In this document: positions 39,264 through 48,264 of the stretch, one piece after another | Layout of the letters: each line of letters begins with the position of its first letter | How positions within the stretch are numbered: the stretch's first letter is position 1 | NCBI GenBank assembly: GCA_964596155.1 | Contig: CAZQSI010000014.1 | Span: forward strand, 1-52,289 | DNA: 52,289 nucleotides | Source of the DNA: an uncultured Chitinophagaceae bacterium | GTDB lineage: Bacteria; Bacteroidota; Ignavibacteria; UBA10030; UBA8401 | Direction: 5' to 3' | The notes under the pieces: model-generated | What the model was told of the DNA's origin: nothing | What the model saw: the letters and a program-made list of their open reading frames with translations, nothing else | The model's database searches: none | Made by a program: the position numbers and the translations under genes

Positions 39264-40613
39264 ATGGATATCATTACCGTGTTGCGGGGTATCTTCGGAG
39301 TGTTTTTTATTATTGGTATCGCATTCCTTTTTTCGAATAACAAAAAAAATGTGAATTGGGCATTGGTCGGTAAAGCGCTCGGTATACAATTGCTATTTGC
39401 CGTCTTTATTATTCACAGCATTACACTCCGCTCGTGGTTCTGGCCGTTGGGACTCATCAAAGATGTAATTGATGGTATCGGCTCGGGAGTTGTCGCTCTA
39501 TTGAATTACACTCTTGTCGGGGCACAATTTGTATTCGGTGATCTCGCGGTAAATTCAGGCGCAAATTCCCTCGGATTTTTCTTTGCTTTTCAGGTGCTGC
39601 CAACCATTATCTTCGTTTCTGCATTAACCTCGCTCCTCTATTATCTCGGCGTTCTTCAGGCAATCGTAAAAGTGATGGCAAAAGTGATGGTGAAAATTCT
39701 CGGCACCAGCGGTGCAGAATCTCTTTCGAATACGGCAAATATCTTTGTGGGCCAAACTGAAGCACCCCTTCTGATTCGTCCGTACATCGGCACAATGACA
39801 AAATCTGAAATTCTTACTGTCATGGTCGGAGGAATGGCAACAATTGCAGGCGGTGTCATGGCCAGTTACATTCAAATGCTCGGTCAGTCGTTTGCCGATG
39901 CACACAACATTCCCCTGGCGGAAGCTCAACTGAAATTTGCTGTTCAGCTATTGGCAGCGAGCGTTATGGCTGCTCCGGCGTCTCTTGCCATTTCAAAGAT
40001 TATTTATCCGGAAATGGAAGAACCGAAGACGAAAGGTAATGTGAAACTGGAGGTTGAGAAAAATGCTTCCAATGTTATTGAGTCCGCAGCCACCGGCGCA
40101 TCAGACGGACTTCAATTAGCTTTAAATGTCGGCGCTATGTTGTTGGCATTCATAGCGTTAATCGCAATGTTTAATGGAATTTTGGGATATGTCGGTGATT
40201 TGACAGGATTGAATTTGTACCTTAAAGAAAACTTCGATCAAACTCTTTCCATGCAGTTTCTTTTTGGTTCTGTCCTACAGTTTGTCGCATTTGCAATTGG
40301 AGTGCCCTGGAGCGATGCATTTCACTTCGGATCGCTGCTTGGAACAAAGATAGTCTTGAATGAGTTTGTAGCGTACCTTGATCTAGCTACATTCGTCAAA
40401 GCAAGCGCAATGAGTGAAAAAGGGGTCATGATGGCAACATATGCACTGTGCGGTTTTGCAAATTTTTCTTCAATTGCTATCCAATTGGGAGGAATTTCTC
40501 CTATGGCTCCTCACCGTAAAAAGGATATTGCATCGCTTGGCTTGAGAGCTGTCCTCGGAGGAGTGCTTGCAACATTGATGACCGCGACGATTGCGGGGAT
40601 TTTGGTTTCGTAG
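39264..40613 (+). CDS. nupC: Concentrative nucleoside transporter (NupC/CNT family)
   Basis: FAFQVLPTIIF, NIFVGQTEAPL, GGMATIAG, KIVLNEFVAY and YALCGFANFSSIAI motifs. Confidence 0.92.
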   Translation: MDIITVLRGIFGVFFIIGIAFLFSNNKKNVNWALVGKALGIQLLFAVFIIHSITLRSWFWPLGLIKDVIDGIGSGVVALLNYTLVGAQFVFGDLAVNSGANSLGFFFAFQVLPTIIFVSALTSLLYYLGVLQAIVKVMAKVMVKILGTSGAESLSNTANIFVGQTEAPLLIRPYIGTMTKSEILTVMVGGMATIAGGVMASYIQMLGQSFADAHNIPLAEAQLKFAVQLLAASVMAAPASLAISKIIYPEMEEPKTKGNVKLEVEKNASNVIESAATGASDGLQLALNVGAMLLAFIALIAMFNGILGYVGDLTGLNLYLKENFDQTLSMQFLFGSVLQFVAFAIGVPWSDAFHFGSLLGTKIVLNEFVAYLDLATFVKASAMSEKGVMMATYALCGFANFSSIAIQLGGISPMAPHRKKDIASLGLRAVLGGVLATLMTATIAGILVS

Positions 40614-40651
40614 AATTCAACATCTACAGCACCGGAAAATTACGGCAGAGT

Positions 40652-41479
40652 ATGGAGACAGCACTTAAAGAAACGGTATCATTTATTACATCGAAAACGA
40701 AATCCGTACCGGACATTGCGGTTGTGCTCGGATCAGGTCTCGGCGATTTTGCGCAAGAACTTGTACAACCAGCCGTTATAAGCACATCAGCAATTCCTCA
40801 TTATCCGGTCTCTGCCGTTCAGGGACATGCCGGTAAAATTTTGTTCGGAGCAATTCATAATAATGGAAGAACTTCGAAAAATCTGATGGTGTTTCAGGGT
40901 AGAGTTCACTTTTATGAGTGTGACGACATTCAGAAAGTTGTTTATCCAATCAGAACTGCAGCAGAATTAGGAGTAAAAACACTCGTCGTTACGAATGCTG
41001 CTGGCGGTATCAATCGTCAATTCGAATCGGGAACATTGATGTTTATAAAGGACTATATCAATTTAACCGGTGAAGATCCTCAAAAGGGTGATCATAAATA
41101 TTTATCCGGTCAAAAAAAATTACATGAGCCCTCCCTGTCGGTTGAATTATTGCGCCGCGCAAAAGATATTGCAGTTCAAAATAAAATAGCGGTAAAAGAA
41201 GGCGTGTATTGTTGGACGAAGGGTCCTTCCTACGAAACTGCATCCGAGATCCGAATGATGCAATCAATCGGGGCTGACGCTGTCGGAATGTCCACTGTTC
41301 CCGAAATAATGACCGCAGCGTCGTACGGCATAAATGTTCTGGGAATTTCGTGCATCACGAATATGGCGACAGGAATATCCCCCACCAAACTTTCCCACGA
41401 TGAAGTAACGGAAACTGCCAACCGTGTTAAAGCCGATTTTACGAAATTGGTGAGGGAAATTATTTTGTCTTTCAGCTAG
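40652..41479 (+). CDS. punA: Purine nucleoside phosphorylase (trimeric, PunA/XapA type)
   Basis: VLGSGLG, GHAG, QGRVHFYE, TNAAGGIN, GPSYETASE, VGMSTVPE and ITNMATG motifs. Confidence 0.92.
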   Translation: METALKETVSFITSKTKSVPDIAVVLGSGLGDFAQELVQPAVISTSAIPHYPVSAVQGHAGKILFGAIHNNGRTSKNLMVFQGRVHFYECDDIQKVVYPIRTAAELGVKTLVVTNAAGGINRQFESGTLMFIKDYINLTGEDPQKGDHKYLSGQKKLHEPSLSVELLRRAKDIAVQNKIAVKEGVYCWTKGPSYETASEIRMMQSIGADAVGMSTVPEIMTAASYGINVLGISCITNMATGISPTKLSHDEVTETANRVKADFTKLVREIILSFS

Positions 41480-41483
41480 GACG

Positions 41484-41520
41484 TCAGACGTAGGACACCT
41501 TAAAGGTGTCCTACGTCTGA
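41484..41520. repeat. Perfect palindrome, 18-bp arms with a 1-nt spacer (GTAG-type REP-like)
   Basis: TCAGACGTAGGACACCTT-A-AAGGTGTCCTACGTCTGA. Confidence 0.95.
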
Positions 41521-41529
41521 GGAGTGATA

Positions 41530-42081
41530 ATGAACTTTGCGCAGGGAAAATATTACCACATATTTAACCGTTCAAACAATAACGAATTCGTATTTAAAAG
41601 CGAAGAAAACTATTATTACTTCCTTCATAAATATGAAATGTATATAAAACCGTCCGTCTCGACAATTGCGTATTGTCTCATGCCCACTCATTTTCATTTT
41701 CTGGTAAAGATCAAATGTGATGATAATACAATCATTCAAAACGGAATAAAAATAATGCTCAGCAGTTATACGAAAGCAATTAATAAGCGTTTTCATCGTC
41801 ACGGATCGCTATTTCAACCGCACACAAAAGCAAAAGAAATTGGAGACGAACAATATCTTATAACACTTGTATCGTACATTCATCAAAACCCGCTCCGTGC
41901 AAAATTGGTGCAAAGTCTGGAACAATGGCTTTATTCAAGTTACCGAGAAGCAGCAGGATTCAAAGAAAGTTCGTTTGTTGATTCTGAGTTCTATGAACAT
42001 CATTTTACCACCAAGCAGAATTTTCGAACTTTTTCTGAAAATTTGATAACAGCGATAAGAAAAGAGTATTGGGTTTCGTGA
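41530..42081 (+). CDS. REP-associated tyrosine transposase (RAYT, Y1/HUH family)
   Basis: YYHIFNRS N-terminal motif, AYCLMPTHFHFLV (HUH), GSLFQ, YIHQNP (catalytic Tyr candidate) and WLYSSY. GAGGAG ribosome-binding site 5 nt before ATG 41530; alternative GTG at 41524. Confidence 0.88.
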   Translation: MNFAQGKYYHIFNRSNNNEFVFKSEENYYYFLHKYEMYIKPSVSTIAYCLMPTHFHFLVKIKCDDNTIIQNGIKIMLSSYTKAINKRFHRHGSLFQPHTKAKEIGDEQYLITLVSYIHQNPLRAKLVQSLEQWLYSSYREAAGFKESSFVDSEFYEHHFTTKQNFRTFSENLITAIRKEYWVS

Positions 42082-42082
42082 A

Positions 42083-42123
42083 AAGCAGTCGTAGGACACC
42101 TTTAAGGTGTCCTACGACTGCTT
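42083..42123. repeat. Perfect palindrome, 20-bp arms with a 1-nt spacer (second copy)
   Basis: AAGCAGTCGTAGGACACCTT-T-AAGGTGTCCTACGACTGCTT. Confidence 0.95.
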
Positions 42124-42126
42124 CAT

Positions 42127-42546
42127 TCAGAGGTGATACAACATCAGATAAACAATTACTCCCGTTATCGAAACATAAATCCAAATCGGGAATGTTTTCC
42201 GAGCCAGCGGTTTGTGTAGATCAAATTTTCCCTTTAATCCCCTGTAAAGCGTAAGTATCGCCATCGGCGGTACTACTGCGGCAAGAATGATATGCGATAG
42301 TAAAATTGTAAAGTATAGCGGACGTGTCCATCCTTCCCCCATGTATTTTACCGAGCCGACATTCGCGTGGTATACAAGATAGCTGACGAGAAATAATCCT
42401 GATACGGAAAAGGCGGCAATCATATATTTTTTATGCTGCTCTCTCCTTCCTGCCTTGATATGTCGGTATCCAATAATCAGTAACGTAAAACTGATCATAT
42501 TCAGAAGGGCATTAACTGTGGAAAGATCTTCGAATTTTAAATACAT
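42127..42546 (-). CDS. DUF420-family membrane protein (often linked to heme-copper oxidase assembly)
   Basis: NALLN...H...M..AF..S.LFLVSYLVYH...YF.ILLSHIILA...H...R...PIWIYVSITGVIVYLML pattern. Confidence 0.85.
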   Translation of the reverse strand: MYLKFEDLSTVNALLNMISFTLLIIGYRHIKAGRREQHKKYMIAAFSVSGLFLVSYLVYHANVGSVKYMGEGWTRPLYFTILLSHIILAAVVPPMAILTLYRGLKGKFDLHKPLARKTFPIWIYVSITGVIVYLMLYHL

Positions 42547-42582
42547 AAAAAATTTGCCGCTTGTGATCGGTAAATCGATTCG

Positions 42583-43518
42583 TCACGGCTGAACTTTAAA
42601 AATAATCATCGCCGAAAAGATAATCGGCAAGTATATTAATGATGAAAAGAATAGCATGCGAGCCGATGCTCCGGCACCTTCATGCTTTAAAGACCACGTA
42701 AAACTGATTCCAAACCCCAAAAAGACCATTCCGACAATCAAAGCGATTGGAATATACTCAAGATGAACCAATCCCACCATTGCCGGCGAAAGCCCCACCG
42801 CAATCAATATCAATTGATTCATGAGAATATGTTTGGAGACACGGCTACCCGATTTATCCAGATTGGTCAGCAGACGGAATCCTGCTTTAGAATAATCATT
42901 TCGATACAGCCACCCGATAGAATAAAAATGAGGCATCTGCCAGTAAAACAATATAGCAAAGAGGGTTATCGATTGATATGAAAGCGAATTTTGTACTGCT
43001 GCCCAGCCGATTAACGTTGGCAGAGCTCCGGGAATTGCTCCGATGATCGTCGATAATGTTGAAATTCTTTTTAGAGGAGTGTAAAGGAAAATGTATGTGA
43101 TAAGCGTTGACAATGCCAATAATGACGTTAACCAGTTCACCATGTAGAGGACAACGGCTCCGAGCACGGAAACAATCATCCCAAAGACCAACGCTTCGTT
43201 CGGAGTCACCCGTGCATCAGGGACAGGTCGTTTCTCCGTCCGTTTCATTTGTGCGTCAAATTCCCTTTCCAGATATTGATTCAATGCACCCGAACCGCCT
43301 CCGACCAAAAGCGTTCCGATAGCGAGCAGCGGAAACATAAATATTTGAGTTTCATGCGGTTCATCAATTGCAAGAAAAGCAGCACAAAGCGCTGTAAAGA
43401 CGGACAACAAGGTCAATTCCGGTTTCATGAGAAGCCAGAGATCCCTGACAAACCGTACAAGGGAGCGATCTTTTAAATGTTCAGTCAGATGTACTCCTGA
43501 ATTCTTTTCCATCATCAT
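42583..43518 (-). CDS. ctaB: Protoheme IX farnesyltransferase (heme O synthase); start reassigned from 43713 to 43518
   Basis: LMKPEL, LNQYLEREFDAQMKRTEKRP, YTPLKR, GAIPGALP and WQMPHF motifs; ATGA overlap with the ctaA stop. Confidence 0.93.
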   Translation of the reverse strand: MMMEKNSGVHLTEHLKDRSLVRFVRDLWLLMKPELTLLSVFTALCAAFLAIDEPHETQIFMFPLLAIGTLLVGGGSGALNQYLEREFDAQMKRTEKRPVPDARVTPNEALVFGMIVSVLGAVVLYMVNWLTSLLALSTLITYIFLYTPLKRISTLSTIIGAIPGALPTLIGWAAVQNSLSYQSITLFAILFYWQMPHFYSIGWLYRNDYSKAGFRLLTNLDKSGSRVSKHILMNQLILIAVGLSPAMVGLVHLEYIPIALIVGMVFLGFGISFTWSLKHEGAGASARMLFFSSLIYLPIIFSAMIIFKVQP

Positions 43519-44558
43519 CTGTTTTCGTTCGTTTTTATCCAGCGTAGGCGTGCCATGGCGACTGTTATCAGAAGAGTCGTTACAAGAACAAGCGCCCCGA
43601 TCATTACATGAAGTGATGTGATAATATATTCCTTCCGGGTCAAAACTGTCAAAATCCCTAACGTAAACTGGAGAGCAATGGTAATGATAAGAACCAAGCC
43701 GGTCTTTTTGCACCAGGATGGAAGCGGAGATGACTTCATTAGTTTATATCCAAGCAGACCTACAATGCCCGCTACAACGTAAGCCCAGGTCCTATGAATA
43801 AAATGTATGATAATTTGATATGCTGCAACGGGTGTATCCCCCTGCCTTTTAATACCGCTTTGGATAAGAAACTGATTGTACTGTTCAATGTCATTTGAAC
43901 TTAATGATGGAAGAAATTGTCCGTACGTTAATGGAAAGTCAGGTATGGATAATCCGGAATATGTATGACGGAGCAAAGCGCCGAAACCGAGTTGAATAAA
44001 AACAGCTGCTGTTGCAGCGACTGATAACATTTGAAGTGTTTTGGTTTCAGAAAGTTCTATGGATTTTGATTCGGTGTACCACCACTGCGATGTGACGAGA
44101 GCGATCACAGCGGTGATGCCAAAAAATGTTTGAGCCAGCATTCCATGAGCCATGGAAACCGGGGTCGGCAATAAAAACAAGACCGTCAATCCCCCCAGAA
44201 TGCCCTGGATGATAACCGCAAGTAGTGCGTAATATCCCATCCACTTTACCCATCGGCGTTCTTCCTTCATTCCAAGCCAGATTGCAAGAATTACGGTGAG
44301 AAAACCGACAAAGGAAGCGGCTAATCGATGTCCATGTTCATATTTTATTCCTCCTACCCATTTATCAATCGGATACGTGAACATATTTTCGCCGTAGGTA
44401 GTCGGCCAATCAGGAACCGCCAGTCCGGAACCGGTACTTGTCACCAAACCGCCGATAAAGATTAAGACAAACGTGGAAAACGCAGTAAAAAGTGCGAAGC
44501 GATGAAGAGCAATGTTAAACATATGATGCTGTACGTCGATAAATATTGATGAGGCCAT
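43515..44558 (-). CDS. ctaA: Heme A synthase (COX15/CtaA family); alternative start at 44522
   Basis: GGLVTSTGSGLAVPDWP, EHGHR, QGILGGLTV, HGMLA, HFIHR and HVMIG motifs; eight hydrophobic helices. Confidence 0.9.
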   Translation of the reverse strand: MASSIFIDVQHHMFNIALHRFALFTAFSTFVLIFIGGLVTSTGSGLAVPDWPTTYGENMFTYPIDKWVGGIKYEHGHRLAASFVGFLTVILAIWLGMKEERRWVKWMGYYALLAVIIQGILGGLTVLFLLPTPVSMAHGMLAQTFFGITAVIALVTSQWWYTESKSIELSETKTLQMLSVAATAAVFIQLGFGALLRHTYSGLSIPDFPLTYGQFLPSLSSNDIEQYNQFLIQSGIKRQGDTPVAAYQIIIHFIHRTWAYVVAGIVGLLGYKLMKSSPLPSWCKKTGLVLIITIALQFTLGILTVLTRKEYIITSLHVMIGALVLVTTLLITVAMARLRWIKTNENR

Positions 44559-44612
44559 GAGTTTGAGATCTCTTCAATATACGACTTTTCCCTTTTGAAT
44601 AATAGGTAAACC

Positions 44613-44641
44613 TTGATTCACCACAGACTAATAAGTAAATT
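44613..44641 (+). promoter_or_regulatory. Promoter of the PD40-M28 fusion gene
   Basis: TTGATT-N17-TAAATT; AAGGAG ribosome-binding site before ATG 44685. Confidence 0.55.
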
Positions 44642-44684
44642 AATGCGCAACTCATTTCCATTGAATTTTCTTTAAGGAGAAACA

Positions 44685-47405
44685 ATGAAGCAGATAGTTT
44701 TATTTTCCTTACTCATCACATTTCTTCACGCCCAATCCGAACGGCATTTAACCAATATCAAGCAGCTGACGTTTGGCGGCTCAAATGCCGAAGCATATTT
44801 TTCTTATGACGGGAAGCAACTGATCTATCAGGCGACGAAGGGAAAATTTTCATGCGATCAGATCTTTACCATGAATATTGACGGTTCGAACAACAAACTT
44901 GTCAGCACCGGCAAAGGGAGAACAACATGCGGATATTTTTTGCCGGATGGAAGGATTGTCTACGCTTCGACTCATGCCGATGACAGTGATTGTCCCCCGC
45001 CTGTCGATAAATCAAAGGGATATGTATGGGGTGTCTACAATGCGTATGATATTTTTCTCGCCAATGCAGACGGTTCCAAACCAAAGAAACTCTCTGCCAC
45101 AAAATGGTATGACGCCGAAGCAACCGTTTCACCGGACGGTCAGCAGATCGTTTTTACTTCCTCGCGGGACGGCGATCTAGAATTGTATTCCATGAATAGC
45201 GATGGTTCGAACGTCCGCCGTCTGACGCATGAAAAAGGATATGACGGCGGAGCATTTTATTCTCCGGACGGAAAGATGGTTGTTTACCGGGCGTATCATC
45301 CCACTGATCCAAAAGAAATTGCCGAAGGAGAACAGCTTTTACGTGAGCAACTGGTGAAACCATCGAAAATGGAAATCTTTGTGATGAATTCGGACGGCAG
45401 CAATAAACGCCAGGTGACACGGAATGGTGCGGCTAATTTTGCTCCGTTCTTCACACCTGACGGAAAAAGAATTATTTTTGCCAGTAATGTCAATGATCCA
45501 AAGGGATATGATTTCGATCTGTTCCTTGTCGATTTGGATGGCAGAAATACCGAACAAGTTACCTTCTCAAAAGGATTTGATGGTTTTCCGATGTTCAGCC
45601 CGGACGGAAAAAAACTTGTTTTCGTTTCGAGCCGTAATGCAACATCGAAATACGAATTCAATATTTTCATTGCTGATTGGGTTGAGGACCCTACAGCAGA
45701 CCGGCTGCGCAATCACATTTCATATCTTGCCTCGGACGAGTTGGAAGGACGGGGAACCGGTGAACTAGGCAATGAGAAGGCAGCCAGGTATATTTCCGAA
45801 CAATTTAAAGCAATCGGTCTCGAACCGGCCGGCGACAACGGAACATATTTTCAGGAATTTGAAGTTGTAAAAAATATCGAAGTTGGAAAAAACAATACGC
45901 TCAGCTCGACCATCGCGAAGAAGAAAAAAGTTACATACTCGGTGCAAACGGATTTTATTCCGGTCGGATTTTCTTCAAATGCATCCGTGACAGGTTCGGT
46001 TGTATTCGCCGGTTACGGAATGACTGCCGATTCGTTGTATGATGATTATGCCGGCATTGATGTTAAAAATAAGATCGTCGTTGCCATGCGGTACTCTCCG
46101 GATGGCGACTCCCCGCACTCAAAATATACGCGTCAATCAGCCTTGCGGTATAAAGCAATGCAGGCGCGTGAGAAAGGAGCAGCGGCGCTTCTTCTTGTGA
46201 CCGCTGCAACGGATGATTCTGCGGACAATCTATTAAAATTAAAATATGATAACTCATTCAGCGATGCAGGATTGCCGGTCCTTTCGGTGACACGTGCAGT
46301 GGTGAATGAATGGCTGAAACAGAATAAAAAACATCTCGACAGCATTCAGCAGACCATCGTCCGGACTGGAAAACCTTCCTCCTTCGCCGTCAACAATGTT
46401 ACCGTTTCGTTGTCCGCGGAAATTCTTCAAATCCGTAAAAAAGCTTCCAATGTATTAGGAGTGTTGAAGGTGAACAACGATAGCGAGCATGTCATCATCG
46501 GCGGTCATTTCGATCATCTCGGATACGGCGGTCAGGGATCTGGTTCGCTCTCACCGGATCTGAAAGAAATTCACAATGGTGCGGATGACAACGCCTCCGG
46601 CACCTCAACCGTCATCGAAGTGGCACGCCGGTTGTCTGAGTATAAATCCATACTGAAAAGAAATGTTTTATTCATGGGCTTCTCCGGCGAAGAAATGGGA
46701 CTTCTTGGTTCGGCGTATTACACAAAACATCCGACGCTGCCGATTGAACATGCCGTTACGATGATTAATTTTGACATGGTGGGCAGATTGACGGATCGTG
46801 CCCTGACGGTGTACGGGACGGGAACGTCTTCGCGTTGGGAATCCCTTCTGAAAGAGAATAACAAGGATTCAACATTTACGTTGAAATTCATCAGCGACGG
46901 TTTCGGACCGAGTGATCATTCATCGTTTTACTCGCACAATATTCCCGTCCTCTTTTTCTTTACCGGTCTTCATGAAGATTATCATAAACCGTCGGACGAC
47001 GCCGAAAAAATAAACATTGCGGGAATGAATGCTGTCGTGAATTTCGCCTCCCGCATCGCCATGACCATCGACACGACGTCCTCCCGGCCCGACTTTATCA
47101 AAACACAGTCGCAGGAGCGCGGAATGCGGCAGGGCTTCCGCGTGTATGTAGGCACTATTCCTGATTATTCTGAAGGTGCCGATGGAATGCTCCTTTCTGG
47201 CGTTCGCGAAGAAAGTCCCGCTGCAAAAGGAGGATTACAAAAGGGCGACATACTGATCAAATTCGGCACTCATACCATTAAAAACGTGTATGATTATACC
47301 TATGCGCTTCAGGATTATAAACCGGGTGATGAAATTGAAATCGTGTATATCAGAAACAAAACCGAAACAATCACTTCCAGAATCACTCTTGAGTCAAGAA
47401 AATAA
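44685..47405 (+). CDS. Exported fusion protein: TolB-like PD40 propeller + M28 metallopeptidase (with PA insert) + PDZ
   Basis: Repeated (F/V/Y)SPDGK motifs; YLASDELEGRGTG; IIGGHFDHLG; GADDNASG; SGEEMGLLGS; NFDMVGR; SDHSSF; DYHKPSDD; C-terminal PDZ (SPAAKGGLQKGDILI). Confidence 0.88.
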   Translation: MKQIVLFSLLITFLHAQSERHLTNIKQLTFGGSNAEAYFSYDGKQLIYQATKGKFSCDQIFTMNIDGSNNKLVSTGKGRTTCGYFLPDGRIVYASTHADDSDCPPPVDKSKGYVWGVYNAYDIFLANADGSKPKKLSATKWYDAEATVSPDGQQIVFTSSRDGDLELYSMNSDGSNVRRLTHEKGYDGGAFYSPDGKMVVYRAYHPTDPKEIAEGEQLLREQLVKPSKMEIFVMNSDGSNKRQVTRNGAANFAPFFTPDGKRIIFASNVNDPKGYDFDLFLVDLDGRNTEQVTFSKGFDGFPMFSPDGKKLVFVSSRNATSKYEFNIFIADWVEDPTADRLRNHISYLASDELEGRGTGELGNEKAARYISEQFKAIGLEPAGDNGTYFQEFEVVKNIEVGKNNTLSSTIAKKKKVTYSVQTDFIPVGFSSNASVTGSVVFAGYGMTADSLYDDYAGIDVKNKIVVAMRYSPDGDSPHSKYTRQSALRYKAMQAREKGAAALLLVTAATDDSADNLLKLKYDNSFSDAGLPVLSVTRAVVNEWLKQNKKHLDSIQQTIVRTGKPSSFAVNNVTVSLSAEILQIRKKASNVLGVLKVNNDSEHVIIGGHFDHLGYGGQGSGSLSPDLKEIHNGADDNASGTSTVIEVARRLSEYKSILKRNVLFMGFSGEEMGLLGSAYYTKHPTLPIEHAVTMINFDMVGRLTDRALTVYGTGTSSRWESLLKENNKDSTFTLKFISDGFGPSDHSSFYSHNIPVLFFFTGLHEDYHKPSDDAEKINIAGMNAVVNFASRIAMTIDTTSSRPDFIKTQSQERGMRQGFRVYVGTIPDYSEGADGMLLSGVREESPAAKGGLQKGDILIKFGTHTIKNVYDYTYALQDYKPGDEIEIVYIRNKTETITSRITLESRK

Positions 47406-47419
47406 CAAGTAGACTTGGT

Positions 47420-47453
47420 AAAAAAAAAGGACGCATCAGCGTCCTTTTTTTTT
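47420..47453. terminator. Bidirectional intrinsic terminator
   Basis: A9-GGACGC-atca-GCGTCC-T9 between convergent genes. Confidence 0.9.
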
Positions 47454-47468
47454 CTGCTACTTGCACAA

Positions 47469-47945
47469 TCATAAAAGCTTTTTTGCTATTTCCCTGATCT
47501 CTTCTTTCGTGCAAAACCGCTGGATCATTGGAAAGAGAATTTGGTTTTCTTTGTGGATGTGATTGACCATCAGCTGGACGATTTCTTCGGCGGATTCGCA
47601 GAGTTCCTGCCGTGATACTTTATCGTCATGATTTTCGTTAAGCGCCTTGATGCTGTAGCTTAACTTTTTATAAATCTTTGCCATGCGGGCATGATCTTCC
47701 CGGAGCACCGTTGTCGGACCGTCAACATACCGTTCAACTACCGGAAACAGGGCATCCTCCTCATGTTTGTTATGAACCCGGACTTCCTCATCCACATACT
47801 CCACGGCTTTCAGCAACGATTTAAACGTTTTTTCTGAATATCCTTTTTTCCGTAATTCCTGCGCATTTTTTTTTAATTGATGAAGCTTCGTCAGAGCTTC
47901 TTCATGCTCTTTCATCAACAGCGCTATCGGATCGCGTGTCGCCAT
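47469..47945 (-). CDS. Hemerythrin-like (HHE) domain protein
   Basis: EHEE...HNKHEEDALFP...EDH...HIHKENQILFP motifs. Confidence 0.85.
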   Translation of the reverse strand: MATRDPIALLMKEHEEALTKLHQLKKNAQELRKKGYSEKTFKSLLKAVEYVDEEVRVHNKHEEDALFPVVERYVDGPTTVLREDHARMAKIYKKLSYSIKALNENHDDKVSRQELCESAEEIVQLMVNHIHKENQILFPMIQRFCTKEEIREIAKKLL

Positions 47946-47948
47946 TGA

Positions 47949-48245
47949 TTATTTTGTTTCCATGTATGTAGTGTACTTTGTTTTCGCTTCAATAAAGTCC
48001 TGAAGCTTTGCCGTCAACTCGTCCGCTGTCTGGTCGTCGCTTTCCTCAAATTTTTTATACGAGACTTCGGAATGCGCCATAAAAATCTCTGCAAATGAAT
48101 TTGGTTTTCCCCTCTGCTCAAACACCGAGTAGGATACAAATTGATTGGTGGCATAATGGCTTTTAAGTTTTTCCACTGCGGCTAAATATTCGCCCCGCTT
48201 TGTCTCTTTAACGTCGTATTGAACGGTGAGAATTACTTTTCCCAT
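47949..48245 (-). CDS. Small dimeric alpha/beta-barrel (ABM-like) protein
   Basis: Pattern V.Y.VK...RGEY......K...YSVFE...PNSF.E.F; 3-nt gap to the hemerythrin gene. Confidence 0.55.
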   Translation of the reverse strand: MGKVILTVQYDVKETKRGEYLAAVEKLKSHYATNQFVSYSVFEQRGKPNSFAEIFMAHSEVSYKKFEESDDQTADELTAKLQDFIEAKTKYTTYMETK

Positions 48246-48264
48246 CGAATGTATTTTCCTTTAA

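Larger units (their letters stand above)
41484..42123 (+). mobile_element. Compact RAYT/REP-type unit: palindrome - HUH Y1 nuclease gene - palindrome (640 bp)
   Basis: RAYT ORF immediately bracketed by two perfect GTAG palindromes sharing a 27-nt core; lies between convergent housekeeping genes; visibly more AT-rich than its neighbours. Confidence 0.75.

Noticed and set aside
41471-42130. TTCAG on both sides of the RAYT element as a target-site duplication
   Set aside because: The copies are not flush with the palindrome ends, a 5-mer match is expected by chance, and HUH Y1 enzymes do not make duplications.
42583-43713. 65-residue N-terminal extension of CtaB in the ORF track
   Set aside because: It overlaps ctaA in another frame; the ATGA junction at 43515-43518 is the more plausible start.
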